DNA of 64,000 bases. Source: Marsupella aquatica (Eukaryota; Plantae; Marchantiophyta). Shown one piece after another: positions 26,170-38,979 of the stretch. The stretch lies in assembly GCA_973895155.1 (NCBI GenBank), contig OZ316895.1:24805538-24869537 (forward strand), given 5' to 3'. Positions within the stretch are counted from its first letter, which is position 1. Each line of letters begins with the position of its first letter. Made by a program: the position numbers and the translations under genes. A model generated the notes under the pieces. The model did not search any database, was not told the DNA's origin, and saw only the letters and a program-made list of their open reading frames with translations.

Positions 26170-29100
26170 GGAATCAGTCCATGCATCCATTTGAGTCTTC
26201 CGTAAGAGTTGGAAATTCTTCTTCAAAGAAATTGCAGTCTTGGAACCGTGCTTTAAAAACATCTGCTGTTGAGGGTTCCAAGTATCTTATGATGGAGGGT
26301 GAGTCAAATCCAACATAGATGCCTCGTTGTCTTTGAGGTCCCATTTTAGTTTGTTTAGGACCTAAAATTGGGACAAGTACTAGGCAGCCAAAAGTTTTGT
26401 AGATGTGTGATATCAGGTGGCAATCCATATGCCAGAAAGTGGGGGGTCTGGGAATTAAATGACGATGGTCTCAATCTAAGGTGGGTGGCTGCATGTAGAA
26501 TCGCATGGCCCCAGGCTGATGCTGGTAAGTTGGACTGCATCAGTAGGGGTCTGGCCACCATCTGTATTTGTTTGATCACGGATTCGGCAATTCCATTTTA
26601 AAAATGAACATGTGGAACAAGGTACTCAGTGTCAATACTTGTAGTTTCACAGAAGGCATCGAAGGTCTTTGAGGTAAATTCCCCCACGTTATCAACTCTA
26701 ATTGTTTTGATTGGGTTCTCTGGGAATTGATGTTTTAATTTCAGGATATGTGGTAAAATCCTTGGGAAAACAAGATTCCTGGTGGAAAGCAGTGAGACCT
26801 GTGACCACTTGGTGGATGCATCAATGATAACCAGGAAATATCTGAATGGGCTAGAAGGAGGGTCAATTGGGCCACATACATCTGCTTGTATCCTCTCTAG
26901 GAATTGTGGGATCTTGTGTATTGTCTTTGATGGTGATGGACGAGCTAGTCACCATTTTCCCTTGTGAGCATGCAATGCATGGTCTGTTGGAGGCTGAGGG
27001 GTGAACACCTTGAGGTATGCCAACGGTAGCCTTTAAGATATTGTGATACATATTTGTACCTGGATGTCCGAGATGATTATGCCATGTCTGTGTTAAGGTA
27101 AGTGGAGTACTTTCAGTATGATAAGAGTAGATTCGGGTGATGTATAGTCTGGGAGGATATATGGGTAGTATCTCGCGAACTAATCTCCCTGATTTGGTAT
27201 TCTCCAGAATGTGCAAGAATGACTTCACGGTTTCCACAGGTGTCTGTGTGAATATGAAATCTGTTGGCGCGTATGTCACTAAAACTTATAAGGTTTCTAG
27301 TGGCCCATGGCGCATAAATTGTTGAGTCTATTTGGATAATTGTGCCCTTGGGGAATCTGACTGGTGTTGGACCATAACCTTCCTCTATGTAATTAGATCT
27401 AGTGATTGTTGTCATGGATCTATGGGATGGAGTTATGCTAAGGAAGTAGTCTCTGTTGCGTAGTATTGAATGAGATGTGCCGCTATCAACAATACAATCG
27501 TGATGATCGTCTAGAAGTGAGGGATTAGCTCCTAATTGGGCAGTATGGACCTCAGGTGCTACTGGGTCTGGTGCATAGCCCTCAATATTATCTATAGTTT
27601 CCATATAGTTACCATAGGCTTCATTATTGGGTGGTTCCGTGCTTTGCTTGTAAAGTTTGACTAGATGGGCAGGTGCTCGACAATCTCTCTATAAGTGTCC
27701 TTTTGTGCCGCACTTGAAACATTCTGTAGGGTTATCGTTCTCTCTTATCCAATTATTTTATCCCCTTCCGCGGCCTCCCCCACTGCCTCTGTATCCACCA
27801 CCTTGTCCTCGTTGTCCGCCTCTTCAATTAAAATTTCCAAAGTTTTGGCCTTCCCTTTCAGGTTGGCCATTGCCCCTGCCTCGTTGTTGGTTTCTGCCCC
27901 GGCCATAGGTTCAACCTCACCTCCCCCTGAAATATCCATGCCCTCTGCCTCTCGGTTTGTCGTTGTGTCGATTGAAGTTGGTTTCAGGTTTAGGTGGGGG
28001 TGCGGCTGACTCTGGTGGGCGAGATTTTGCATTCTCTAGGAGGAGTAATTGGTGCTTCTCAGCAAGAAGCATATGAGCAATGAGTTCTGAATATTTTGTA
28101 AACCCCATGTTTCTGTATTGTGATGCAAGGAGAAGGTTGCCTGCGCTGAACTTTGATAGGGTTCGTTCAATTTGCTCATCGTCACCAACCGGGTGGCCAC
28201 AGACTGCCAGTTGTGAGGTGATGCAGAAGAGTTTGCCATTGTAATTGGCTATGGAAGTGCGGCCCTGTACTCGCAAATTGATCCAATCATGGCAGGCTGT
28301 AGGCAGAGACCCCAGTCGCATGTGATTAAACCTTAATTGAAGATCCTCCCAGAGGATTCAGGGGTTAAATTGATTTAGATATTGGATCTTGAGTGATTCT
28401 GCAAGGTGGTGACGTATAAAGATTAGTGCTCTTGCCTTTTGCTGTAAGGTTAGGCCTGCATTAGTTAAAATGTGTCCGGAAGGTCTTTTGATGCAAGATC
28501 GATATGCTTTGACGTCAAGCGACCATGATAAATAATTTGAGCCATCAATAGTTAGGGCCTTAAATTGAAGCTTCTCGATAGAATTCATGTTCATGGGGTC
28601 TACTATGTGTATGATGATTAGGACGTAAATTGAGTTATATCCAAGAATTTGAGAGTTATGATATGCCTGGATATTGTAAAATTCAGCTCTGTTAAACTGG
28701 CCTTGAGCTGATAATACAAATGGAAAGGAATTTTGAGAAACTTCCTCGTATTGGCCGAAGTGCAGAATCTATGTGTATATTGGTGTCCACATACTTGCAC
28801 TCCTGATTCTTCAACTTTTGATTTCGCGAATGTACGACGGATCTTGATTCACTCAATAATTCAAAGTGTGCACCTCGATTCAGTGAACATGGCAAGATTC
28901 AGGAAATTTGTTGGGGCCTGCTACTAGACACAGGCCATAAGCCTCATTCCAGGGAAGGATGAGTAAAAACTTGTGCTCAAATTGGAGAGTCATGCTGATG
29001 ACGTATTATGCATACTATAGACATACAATGCACCGGCAAGCTCACTTCCTTCTCACTGATTGTGGGAGTGTAAACAACTCCCTATATGGTACATTGTATG

Positions 29101-29179
29101 GTGGTTATGTAACCACCTCAACTCCCTATATGCTAGGGTGAGTCTAGGTAACCAGGGTTAGGGTTTATCCCTTATAACA
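26170..29179 (-). mobile_element. Ty1/Copia (Bianca-like) retrotransposon fragment: short LTR, gag, protease, integrase
   Basis: FKALTIDGSNYLSWSLD gag start, CIVDSGTSHSIL protease, WHNHLGHPG and KMGPQRQRGIYVGFDSPSII integrase. Minus-strand LTR ~29002-29179 starts TGTT and is followed by CGTCATCAGCATGA (Bianca-type PBS). RT is missing. Confidence 0.85.
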
Positions 29180-29218
29180 GTAATACCATATTCCAAAAAG
29201 ACAAGAATGAGAGTACTT

Positions 29219-29920
29219 ACAAGTTGAGAGCGTGCATTGCTTGCTCAACCTTCTTGAATTTGTCATTCCCCGTCTTCAAAAGAGAGAATCTGACGCACAG
29301 ATGGTATTGCAATTGATCTTGATACTCAGAAGCAATTGTGGACCAGACTGTGTATCTGTGGTTTCCATCAAAAGCCCAAAACATCTTGTCTTTAAGGACT
29401 TTGAACTCCTATCGCACTCTTGCTCAAACTGTTCATTGAGCTTAGTCCATAGAGGGTCCCAAAATGGCTTCAAGTTTGTCACTATCTGCGTTTCCCCGAT
29501 TTCATTGAACTCAATGACGTGGAACTCGTTGGGCTTTACAACATAGCCGCTCTCTTTGAATCCTTTCTTTAATTTTGCAACAAACTCATCCTGAAGATTC
29601 CTGACTGCCTCCATTGGCATGACGGCACAAGGGGATCCGGGGCGGATCCTTACTAAACTTTGTCTCATACTTGGAGACAATCGACTCCCAAGCTCCCTTC
29701 TCAGCAATATCAACCAATTCCACCACTCCAATAGGCTCAAATGATATCTGCTTTGGCTCAAACTTCCTCCTGGAGTCAATTGATTCCAAAAGGGTACCAC
29801 CCTGTGAGCACGTCAATTGAGACATGACTGGCGAAGGAGACTTGGATCATGGTTTCTACTCCATTGAGAAGTTTGGCTGCCGACAGGTCCTGCTCCAGCC
29901 AAGTCTTTCCTCTTTGGCAT
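29219..29920 (-). pseudogene. Frameshifted ParB/Srx-like (DGNHR) domain gene, probably TE-borne
   Basis: Joining frames gives VRNLQDEFVAKLKKGFKESGY...KMFWAFDGNHRYTVWS...VEQAMHALN, followed by a GTAAGT donor. DGNHR is at 29355-29369. Confidence 0.55.
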
Positions 29921-30599
29921 TTTACCTAAGATTACATGAGAAATGAAAGAGTTATTACTTGACAATAGCTCTAACATAAGCTCAACCTATAAACCTGACG
30001 AGATCTTAGCGAGCCCCACCAAGAGAGCCAATTTTCAAGGATATGTGGGGTCCAGCCTTTCACACATTCGATTCATGTACAAATGGATTTGACATATCAT
30101 AAAAAAGAGGGAGCCAAGATCAAACTTGAGAGAATCACCAACACAAACGCTCACAAAAAATTGCTATCGCAAACGCTCATGGAGAAGCTACCACTAGCTC
30201 ACTACCTCAAAACACCAACGCAATCCAATAGACACGATAACACTGTCACATAGGAGAGTTTACTATGGGTGGGAAGACTGAAGAGGAGCAGGAACAATGC
30301 GGATGAGAGCGCGGAGAAGTGAGAGATTGCGCAGACCAATATGCAAAGATTGAGGATGAGCGCAGATGAGAGCGTGGATGAGTGAGGGATTGCGCAGAGT
30401 GAGGAGGTCCGAGGATTAGTGAAAAAAATGAGTGCCAAACCTAACGGAACACCGTGGAAGAGTGACGAGGAAGGAACAACATCGGCTTCAAGGAATAACG
30501 TACCACACATATTGTACAACACTAAAGTACGCAATAGATATGGGAGATCCTAACTATACTTGGATACGTACATGTTGTTAACGGCCCAAACATGAAAGT

Positions 30600-32535
30600 A
30601 TGCAATGCTCACGTGAGTACCGACCACTAGTTTAGGGTACAATTAGGGTTTTCAGTCAACAGCTCAAAATGAGTCCGAATCTAGGAGACCCTCACCGTCA
30701 TTTCATTTCAAGGTCTACTGAGACGTGTCAACATCTCGGTGCCTCAACTCAAAGAGGAAATGGTGGCCCACAATTATACCATTTTTGGAGACCATCGCCG
30801 ACAATGGAGCATGGGCCGTACTGAGACTTGTCATCATTTGGGTGGCTTTACTAAAAGAGGAAATTGGGGTTAAGAGAAGGGGAAAGAGTACAATGGAGTC
30901 AACAAGATCAAGGAGGGTTGCTAGAGAAGACTTGGATAAAGGCGGCCAATTATGTTTAGGGTTTTGTTTTAGTAAAGAGGAGTTTAGGGTTTAGGGTGAA
31001 ATATGAGAAGTAGAAAAAAAGTCCCACACCGTAGTGAACTCCATGTTAGAAAAGTACGGCCTTAAGTAAGCGAGATCACAACCCAGTCTCTCGGAGACCC
31101 TCTCTGAGATGGAGTGGTGTGGCCCATGTTAGGTATTTACTCAAGGTCTAGGGTTACGACATGTAACCGTAGTTAGGCTAACCGTAGTTGAAGACGTGGT
31201 TAGCTTAACTAGGATGCACACTATATGCCAAGCGGTGTTTGCTTGGATAAGTGGAACTTAGGCTCATTGTTACGGAGCCACTTGAGAGATGAGGAGAGCT
31301 TACACTGTGGAGACTTGGTATGGTCGACGGGCTTAGAGTTCAGTAAAGCTCTCTTGTGTGTTCCCGTGGATGTAGCCTCGAGGAGGTGAACCATGTATCT
31401 CTTGTGTTGACTACTGAAGCGTTGGATGTGTCATGTGCTTACCATTGTGATTGTCGTCTATGCTCAACAGCCCAAATGGCCAAATGACAGAAACTGTCAA
31501 TTGCATCTCGGGTGGAAAGGGAAGCGAGATTGCAACCTAGTCGCTTTGAGACCCTCTTTGAGATGCCCCAAGTGGCCAGACAACAGTTCTCTTGGACCGC
31601 CTCTTGGGTCAAAAAGGTTGCCAAATGAGACCCAGCCTCTCGGAGACCCTCTCTGAGATGGAGTGGTGGGCATACTTTGGCCAGATGACACAACTTGTTG
31701 ACCCTCTTAACAATTTTAAAGGGTTAACTACAACATGCACAGTGTCTCTCAGAGACTCTCTCCGAGATAAAATTAAAGGTATTCCGTTTCAAATAAAGGA
31801 GCCAAATTGGTTCTATCCCACATCCGATGTCAGAGACCATCGCTGAAATATGATGATGGACCCAAAAGTGCATGCAAAGCCTCACTGTACAATACTTTTC
31901 AATGTTCGTACAATCAAATTCCGAACAGATCGCGTGTTTGCAAAGAACGACAATGTCCGCACAGATCTATCATCCTCAACGAGGCCCAAATCCATCTCAG
32001 AGAGCCTTGCCGAGTACGACTAAAGGTCAAAAGGTAACGACACTACGACTAGGAAACCATGGGTAAAAACGGACCGTGGGCAACAAGAGAACCAAAACCA
32101 ATTCGGAGACACTCGCCGAGTACAAATACTGTTGCCCCAAATGACCCGAGTCCATCCCGGAGACCCCCGCCGAGAATAATTTAGGGTGAAAACTAAATGA
32201 CACTCTGAGTGAGGAAGTGTTAGGTGGGGCCCAAGTGTCCATAATCCACCATAGAGACACTCGCCAGATAGCACGACCGCATGTGAGAGACCCTTGTCGA
32301 CTAGGATTCTAGGTAAAAGTCGATGAGAATCCATCTCAGAATCTCAAAGACCCCCGCCGAGAATGACTTGGAATGAAAAATAAATGGCACTCACTACAGA
32401 GGAAGTCCTTAATCCACCACGTAGAGGCTTGAACCCTAAACTCGCCAAATATGAATTATGCTGCAAAACATAAAAGAAACCAAAATTAAGAATGCATTAT
32501 TGGATGGTGGTTCAGAAGTTAATATAATGAGCTAA
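30600..32535. mobile_element. LTR-retrotransposon remnants
   Basis: Copia-LTR-like GTGGATGTAGCC...GGTGAACCA at ~31366-31393; a duplicated ~30-mer at ~31088/31638; aspartic-protease relic NALLDGGSEVNIMS at ~32490-32532. Confidence 0.5.
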
Positions 32536-33601
32536 CAATCCTTGTAGAATTCACAATCTGCTAAGAATTACTTGTCGTAGTGGCTTCGGATTGCTGAATT
32601 GCTGTAGTTGCTTCTCGGGGAGTTGGTATCGAGCTGTGCGTAGTAGCTACATGCTGACGAATCCAGTGATGCCTGTTAGGTTCGCGTTACCACTCTTACA
32701 CGGCCTGTCGTCATGTCCTTTGGGCAGAGAATTCCTAGTAAGGCCCTAGCTAACTGGATGTTCTTCTGCGTTTCGACCTTAGATTGCTGGGCAACTATAC
32801 TTCTCACCTCTGGGCGCCCAAGGAAGCGGGACAAAATCTCTTTTTCAGCCCGGGATACTGTCCATCCTGGTTCAAGTCCTGCTCATTTCTTGCATGACGT
32901 CTCCTGCTGCCCGTCTCCTGATTTCCCGTCACAATCTAGATCAATTTTGTTGCCACTTGCTTCAACTTCTTGTTCTGAACGAATTGTCGAGCCTGCCCAA
33001 TTTGCTACTTACACGGTCTGCATAACACTTGTTCACAAGTTCTTCTTTGAAGAAATGTTGTCAATTCTTCGTTTGGTATGCAGGACACTTCAGTTGGAAA
33101 GGGTTCTTTCTTGGAGGGCGATAAACAAGAGCACTCGCGCCATAGTTTTTCAGAGGGCAATGTGCAGGTACGACGGTGGGTTGCTTTGGGGTTTGGATGG
33201 AAGATCTTCTCATACTTTTTCTTCTCAAAACTTGTAGTTTTGATTCTCAAGTTTTGATGGCAAAGCTGGGATGATTCGTAAAAGAGTCCAGCAGGAGGAA
33301 TTGATCCTGGAGAAGATACCGCTACTGCTATGCTTCTAGGGCTTCCTCCAACTGTTACGCTGAGCTGAGATTCCTCTGCCCGGGCAAGGTTTCCCCAACA
33401 GAGCCTTCGCGTAATGAATATTCTTTCCTTAGTCCATGGGAAGGAAAGATGAGACTTTAAATTTGAGGGCTCTGCAAGATTGCACTACTTAGACTGATTT
33501 GAACCTTTGTCAAACAGGTAAGATCGTATTTCTCAAAACTGTACCATTGAGCTCCGTATTCCCGGCACGGGAACGGAGCTGACTCGATGGAACTTTTGGA
33601 T

Positions 33602-36600
33602 ATGGACCGCTTTAGGCAACAGTCCTCAGCCAGGTATGATTAATTTTGTATGCATGTCATTTTGTTGGATTTGATGTGACCAAACGACCTTGAATACATT
33701 CTCAACAAAGACGTTTGATTTGCAGAGTTTATCCTTCATCTTCCGGTTTGATTGGTATTGGCATCCGCCATTGTTCTTGTACACGGCCTTCAGGTAATGA
33801 GACTGAAGAGCGATTTCAACGTTATGCGTACCTACTTTTAAACAGAAACTCTTGTTCCAGCACCACGGTGTGACATTTGTAGTTGCGGGAATATCCTGCT
33901 ATGAGGCTTACGTGATCAAGACTTGAGTTGAACTTCAAGTTTGATTCCTTTTTCGTGTTAAGAAGCACAGGGTGGGCGAGGGGGAGGGGGCGGGGTGGGG
34001 GGGGACGGGAGGGGAGGGGAGGGGGAGGGGAGGGGAGGGGAGGGGAGGCTGTTACATTCATGTCGTATGTGTCTCTTCACGGATTGTATTAAGAGCCAAG
34101 TTCAAGAATGATGGATAGCCTTTATTTCTGAATTGTAGGAGAGGAATTGTAGGAGAGGGAGGGAAGCGCTTTCACGTTCATGTCATCTGCGTCTAATCAC
34201 GATGGATTCTACAGATGATGGCTAGGCTCTATTTCTAAGTAGTCTCTTTTCAGAAACCTGAGATTCTGGTTTGTGTATAGCGCAGAAAGGACAGTGTAGG
34301 CAACTTACAAATGAACGGCTGTCAAGATGCCCTAAGAGTCTGTCCTGTACACAACCCAAGGATAACATGTGACTTCTGGCTGAAGTATTTTAGTACCAAT
34401 TCGATAGGCTCTTGACTCTGTCCTTTCTGTGGGTACAGTGAAATACGGGAGAAGGAACGAGCTTGTTGATACCTGGATATGCCTTTCACAATTATTTCAA
34501 TATTCTATTCTAAGATCATTGCATTCTTGACAGATAGCCGTTACTCTCAGTTGGAAAGGAGTCATTTAACTTTTACAAGTTATCTGTACCACAGATCACA
34601 GCAGAGCAAGGGAGACAAGAAAATACATCTTTGGACGGAGGTAGGAATGCACCCTAGAACTCGAGAGGCTTACCGGTCTGCTATCCATTTCTGAACACTC
34701 ATTGTAGAAAGATCACTGGAAACATAGTCGTCAAGAAATAACTACAAATTCATTGCACCTCGTGGAATCTCTTGGATTTTATCCTGGTAGCATATCTGAT
34801 CGTGGGTTGTGGTGCTGACAGAGGAAGCCCAGAGCACCTGAGTTCAATCAGAAGCTGACAAGACTAGCACTTTGGGTGGATGGATGGTCAACCCCAGCGT
34901 GGGTTAAGGCAAGGGCGAATTTGGTTACTCACTGCAGATTTCCATCTAATGTTTGTTATTGCACGAGAGATCGGTCTCAAGTCACTGCAAAAGGGATTGG
35001 CAGTAGGCATATGCATCCTGGTACCACGGGTCAAACAATTGCTATGTTGAAAGATCGTCTACAGCGAGGCATTGCTATAGACTCGTACACATATGTTAAA
35101 GTTCTGCAAATGTGCTTGCAACAGAAAGACCTTTCAGGAGCCAAGCAAATTCATGATTGCATCATCGAGAGTGGAATTCACGAAAATCCATATGTGGCAA
35201 ATACGCTTTTGAATGTGTATATCAAATGCGGAGGTTTATCGGATGCACGTAGAGTTTTTGATCAAATTCAGAAGAAGAGTGTTATTACTTGGACCAGCAT
35301 GATTGCGGGATACGCTAGGAGTGATCATGCTGAATCTGCACTCGAAATTTTCAATCTAATGCGCCAAGAAGGCGTGAAGCCGAATGAGATCACGTATCTG
35401 ACCATCCTGAATGCATGTTCAAGCCCATTAGCTCTCAATTGGGGAAAAAAAATTCATCAGGGTATTCGACATGCCGGCTTTGAATCGGACGTGCGTGTAG
35501 GGTCTGCTCTCGTACTGATGTACGCTAAATGTGGGTGCATCACCGAGGCAAGGAAAGTTTTTGAAAAGTTGACTAATCGAAATGTCATTACATGGAATGT
35601 TATGATTGGAGCATGTGCAGAACGTGGTGATGGTGTCGAAGCATATCGACTATTCCTCCAAATGAGACGGGATGGCTTCGAACCAAATGCAATAACTTAT
35701 GTGAGCGTCCTGAATGCATCTGCAAGTGAGGGGGCTTTGGAATGGGTGAAGGAAGTTCATGGCCACGCTAGGAAAGCGGGACTGGAGTCAGATTTGCGTG
35801 TGGGCTCTGCGCTGGTTCACATGTATGCAGAGAGTGGCAGGATAGGTGACGCCCGACTGGTTTTTGACAGAATGGAGAAACGCGATGTAGTCACATGGAC
35901 TGTAATGATCGGTGGACTTGCACAACAAGGATGTGGGCATGAAGCATATGGACTGTTTCTCCAAATGAGACTTGAAGGCTTCGAACCAGATGCAATCACT
36001 TATCTGAGCATCCTGAATGCATCTGCAAGTGCGGGGGCTTTGGAGTGGGTGAAGGAGATTCATGGCCATGCTGCCGAAGCAGGACTGGAGTCAGACTTGC
36101 GTGTGGGCACTGCACTGGTCCACATGTATGCAAAGAGTGGCAGTATAGATGACGCCCGACTTGTTTTTGAGAGAATGGAGAAACACAATGTAGTCACATG
36201 GAACGTAATGATCGGGGGACTTGCACAACATGGATGTGGGCACGAAGCATATCGATTGTTTCTCCAAATGAGACGGGAAGGCTTCAAACCAGATGCAATC
36301 ACTTATGCGAGTATTCTGAATGCATCTGCAAGTGCGGGGGCTTTGGAGTGGGTGAAGGAGGTTCATGGCCACGCTAGCAAAGCCGGACTGGAGTCGGATT
36401 TGCGTGTGGGCAATGCACTCGTTCACATGTATGCGAAGATTGGCAGTATAGATGATGCCCGACTGGTCTTTGAGAGAATGGAGAAACGTGATGTAATGAC
36501 ATGGACTGTAATGATAGGAGGGCTTGCACAACATGGATCTGGGCATGAAGCATATCGGTTGTTTCTCCAAATGAGACGGGAAGGCTTTGAACCAGATGCA

Positions 36601-37719
36601 TTCACTTATGCGAGTATTCTGAATGCATCTGCAAGTGCGGGGGCTTTGGAGTGGGTGAAGGAGGTTCATGGCCACGCTAGCAAAGCCGGACTGGAGTCGG
36701 ATTTGCGTGTGGGTAGTGCACTCGTTCACATGTATGCAGAGAGTGGCAGTATAGCTGACGCCCGACTTGTTTTTAACAGAATGGAGAAACGCGATGTAGT
36801 CACTTGGAACATAATGATCGGTGGACTTGCACAACACGGATATGGGCAGGAAGCCCTGGAACTTTTCAGACAAATGAATGCAGACCATGTGAAGCCCACC
36901 GAGACGTCATTCACAGCTGTGTTGTCAGCCTGTTCTCATGGAGGCCTTGTTGATGATGGCCGTAGAATCTTTTCTGCTATGACGCAAGATTATGGTATCG
37001 AGCGTACTGTTTTTCACTATACCGTCATGGTGGATATTCTTGGGCGGGCGGGACACTTGGAAGAAGCAAAGCAGTTGATCAGTGAGATGCCGATCGAACC
37101 AGATGATGTAACTTGGACAGCCTTGCTTGGGGCTTGTAGAACTTACGGTAACGTGGAGCTGGGTGAACTGGCCGCTAACGAGCTTTTCAAGTTGGAACCC
37201 GGTAAGGCCTCTACATATGTGCTGCTCTCCAATATCTATGCTGCAGCTGGGAAGTGGGAGAAGGTGTCATCTGTGCGCACTATGATGCAAGAGAGAGGTG
37301 TTCGGAAGGAGCCAGGACGTAGCTGGATCGAAGTTCATAACAAGATCCATGAATTTGTGGTGGGGGATACATCTCACCCAGAAGCGGAGGCGATCTATAC
37401 TGAGCTGAATAAATTGAGTGAAAAACTGAAGGCGGAAGGCTACATTCCGGATACCCAGCTTGTATTGCATGATATCAATGAAGAGGATAAAGAGCTAGCC
37501 CTTTGCTCTCATAGTGAGAAGTTGGCTATTGCTTACGGACTTATGCACCTACCTTGGGGAGAACCTATTCGTGTAAGTAAGAACCTTCGGGTGTGTTCAG
37601 ATTGCCACTCAGCAACCAAGTATATCTCTAAGGTGACCGGACGCGAGATTATTGCAAGGGATGCAAATCGGTTCCACCATTTTAAAGATGGAATGTGTTC
37701 TTGTGGTGATTACTGGTGA
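33602..37719 (+). CDS. PLS-class PPR-E1-E2-DYW RNA-editing factor, copy C (20 PLS motifs); predicted exons 33602-33633, 33726-33793, 34534-34640, 34822-37719 (~1034 aa)
   Basis: Intact DYW motifs and terminal DYW; the spliced frame is open (MDRFRQQSSARVYPSSSG...HLWTE|RKPRAPEF). An alternative in-frame ATG lies at 33587. Confidence 0.93.
33976..34048 (+). repeat. Polypurine (GGGA/GGGGA)n tract in intron 2 of copy C
   Basis: Long G-run array; shorter homologous tract in D at ~63546-63578. Confidence 0.8.
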
Positions 37720-38763
37720 ACCCAGATTGAAAGCTCTGGCTGGAAAGTGACTTCAAATCAGTAGTCACTGGCAGAGCAGATACAATCAGGTTTTGGGTGT
37801 CGCAATTCTGTAACATTAATTTTGAGATTCTGCAATTGGGGGTTGTACCTAGCCCTCTTCTGGCTGAAAGACCATTTCATGTAAGAGAAATGTCACGCAA
37901 GTTTCGTTTTGAGTGTCGAAATTATAGGTGCGTGAAATCAAGCTGTTGGCTTGATATGTAGAAACCTCTTTTGACATCTTAGTTGAGTATTGTCCTTAGA
38001 TCAAAAGAAGAGTTTGCATACAGTAGCTGCCTTGCTGTGAACATGGTACTGGAAGGGAACTCACATTGGTGACAGGAGACGAAAATCAAGGGCATAAAGA
38101 TCAAATGCGCGGATGGCGACCTCCACCAGCAGAAAACTTCAAGCAATGAGTCTTCGAGTTCATCGACTTGCAGGAAGCCTTTGGCCGAGACTGATGGATG
38201 TATTCAGATCTTCGAATCCATCCATGTCGAAAATTAGATAATTCAATTCTAGTAAAGTGGCCATGTTCTTCTGCTTCAAAGGGAGTTGACAGTCTGGATT
38301 TGACCAAAACGATATGAAGTTCCATCTGCATCTCAACTGTCTGAGCTTCTCAGATTCCCAAGATAGGTCGTGAAACGTGCTCGAAAGCTTGTTAGCTACT
38401 CTGGGGTTAGGGAAGGCGTAAGGGAATAATTCTCAAATGACGCGAGAATGGAATTATGCACCGTACAGTACAATCAGAGCATTAGGTAAGTATTCAAATG
38501 AAGGAGAACACCTTGCTATCATAAAAACTCCTGCTGTTACCATAGTAGCTGCGCTTAATCTGTTATCTCTTCTTTTTGGCTTGAATTTGCTTGGGTGAGA
38601 TGTTGAAGACGTCTGGTGGAAAGACAACATTCTTCCTTTGAATTAATCCAAAAACAGTAAGGCAGCAATCAACCACTAAATATAATGTTCTTGACACTGG
38701 AATGCCAATCTGGCAGTTGTTTTCCTCAATCCTCGGCTGTCAATTCAACGAGAAAACAGGAAA

Positions 38764-38918
38764 TTTTGCTAGCGCCACTGGAAATGGCTAGCGAGGGGGG
38801 TGGGGGGGAATAAGTCACGATGACCAATATCCAATTAATCATTTTGCTAGCGCCACTGGAAATGGCTAGCGAGGGGGGTGGGGGGGAATAAGTCACGATG
38901 ACCAATATCCAATTAATC
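38764..38918. repeat. Perfect ~78-bp tandem duplication
   Basis: TTTTGCTAGCGCCACTGG...CCAATTAATC occurs twice, at the end of the duplicated segment. Confidence 0.9.
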
Positions 38919-38979
38919 TTTGACCTCCGTCTGAAAAATTCTCATTGCAAATGTGGACCTCCTCCACATATTTAAAAGC

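Larger units (their letters stand above)
32548..38790 (+). repeat. Segmental duplication unit carrying the PPR-DYW gene with 5' and 3' flanks
   Basis: 5' flank aligns with 1-1500, with 17030-19224 (reverse) and with 62755-64000 (reverse); 3' flank aligns with ~13730-14766 and ~57720-58980 (reverse). Confidence 0.9.

Noticed and set aside
34855-34878. Non-AUG (CTG/TTG/GTG) initiation for copies C and D
   Set aside because: In-frame splicing from an upstream ATG explains it more simply.
37300-37719. U-to-C (DYW:KP/GRP-type) editing domain
   Set aside because: All copies have the canonical PG box PGRSWIE and HSEKLA of the C-to-U type.
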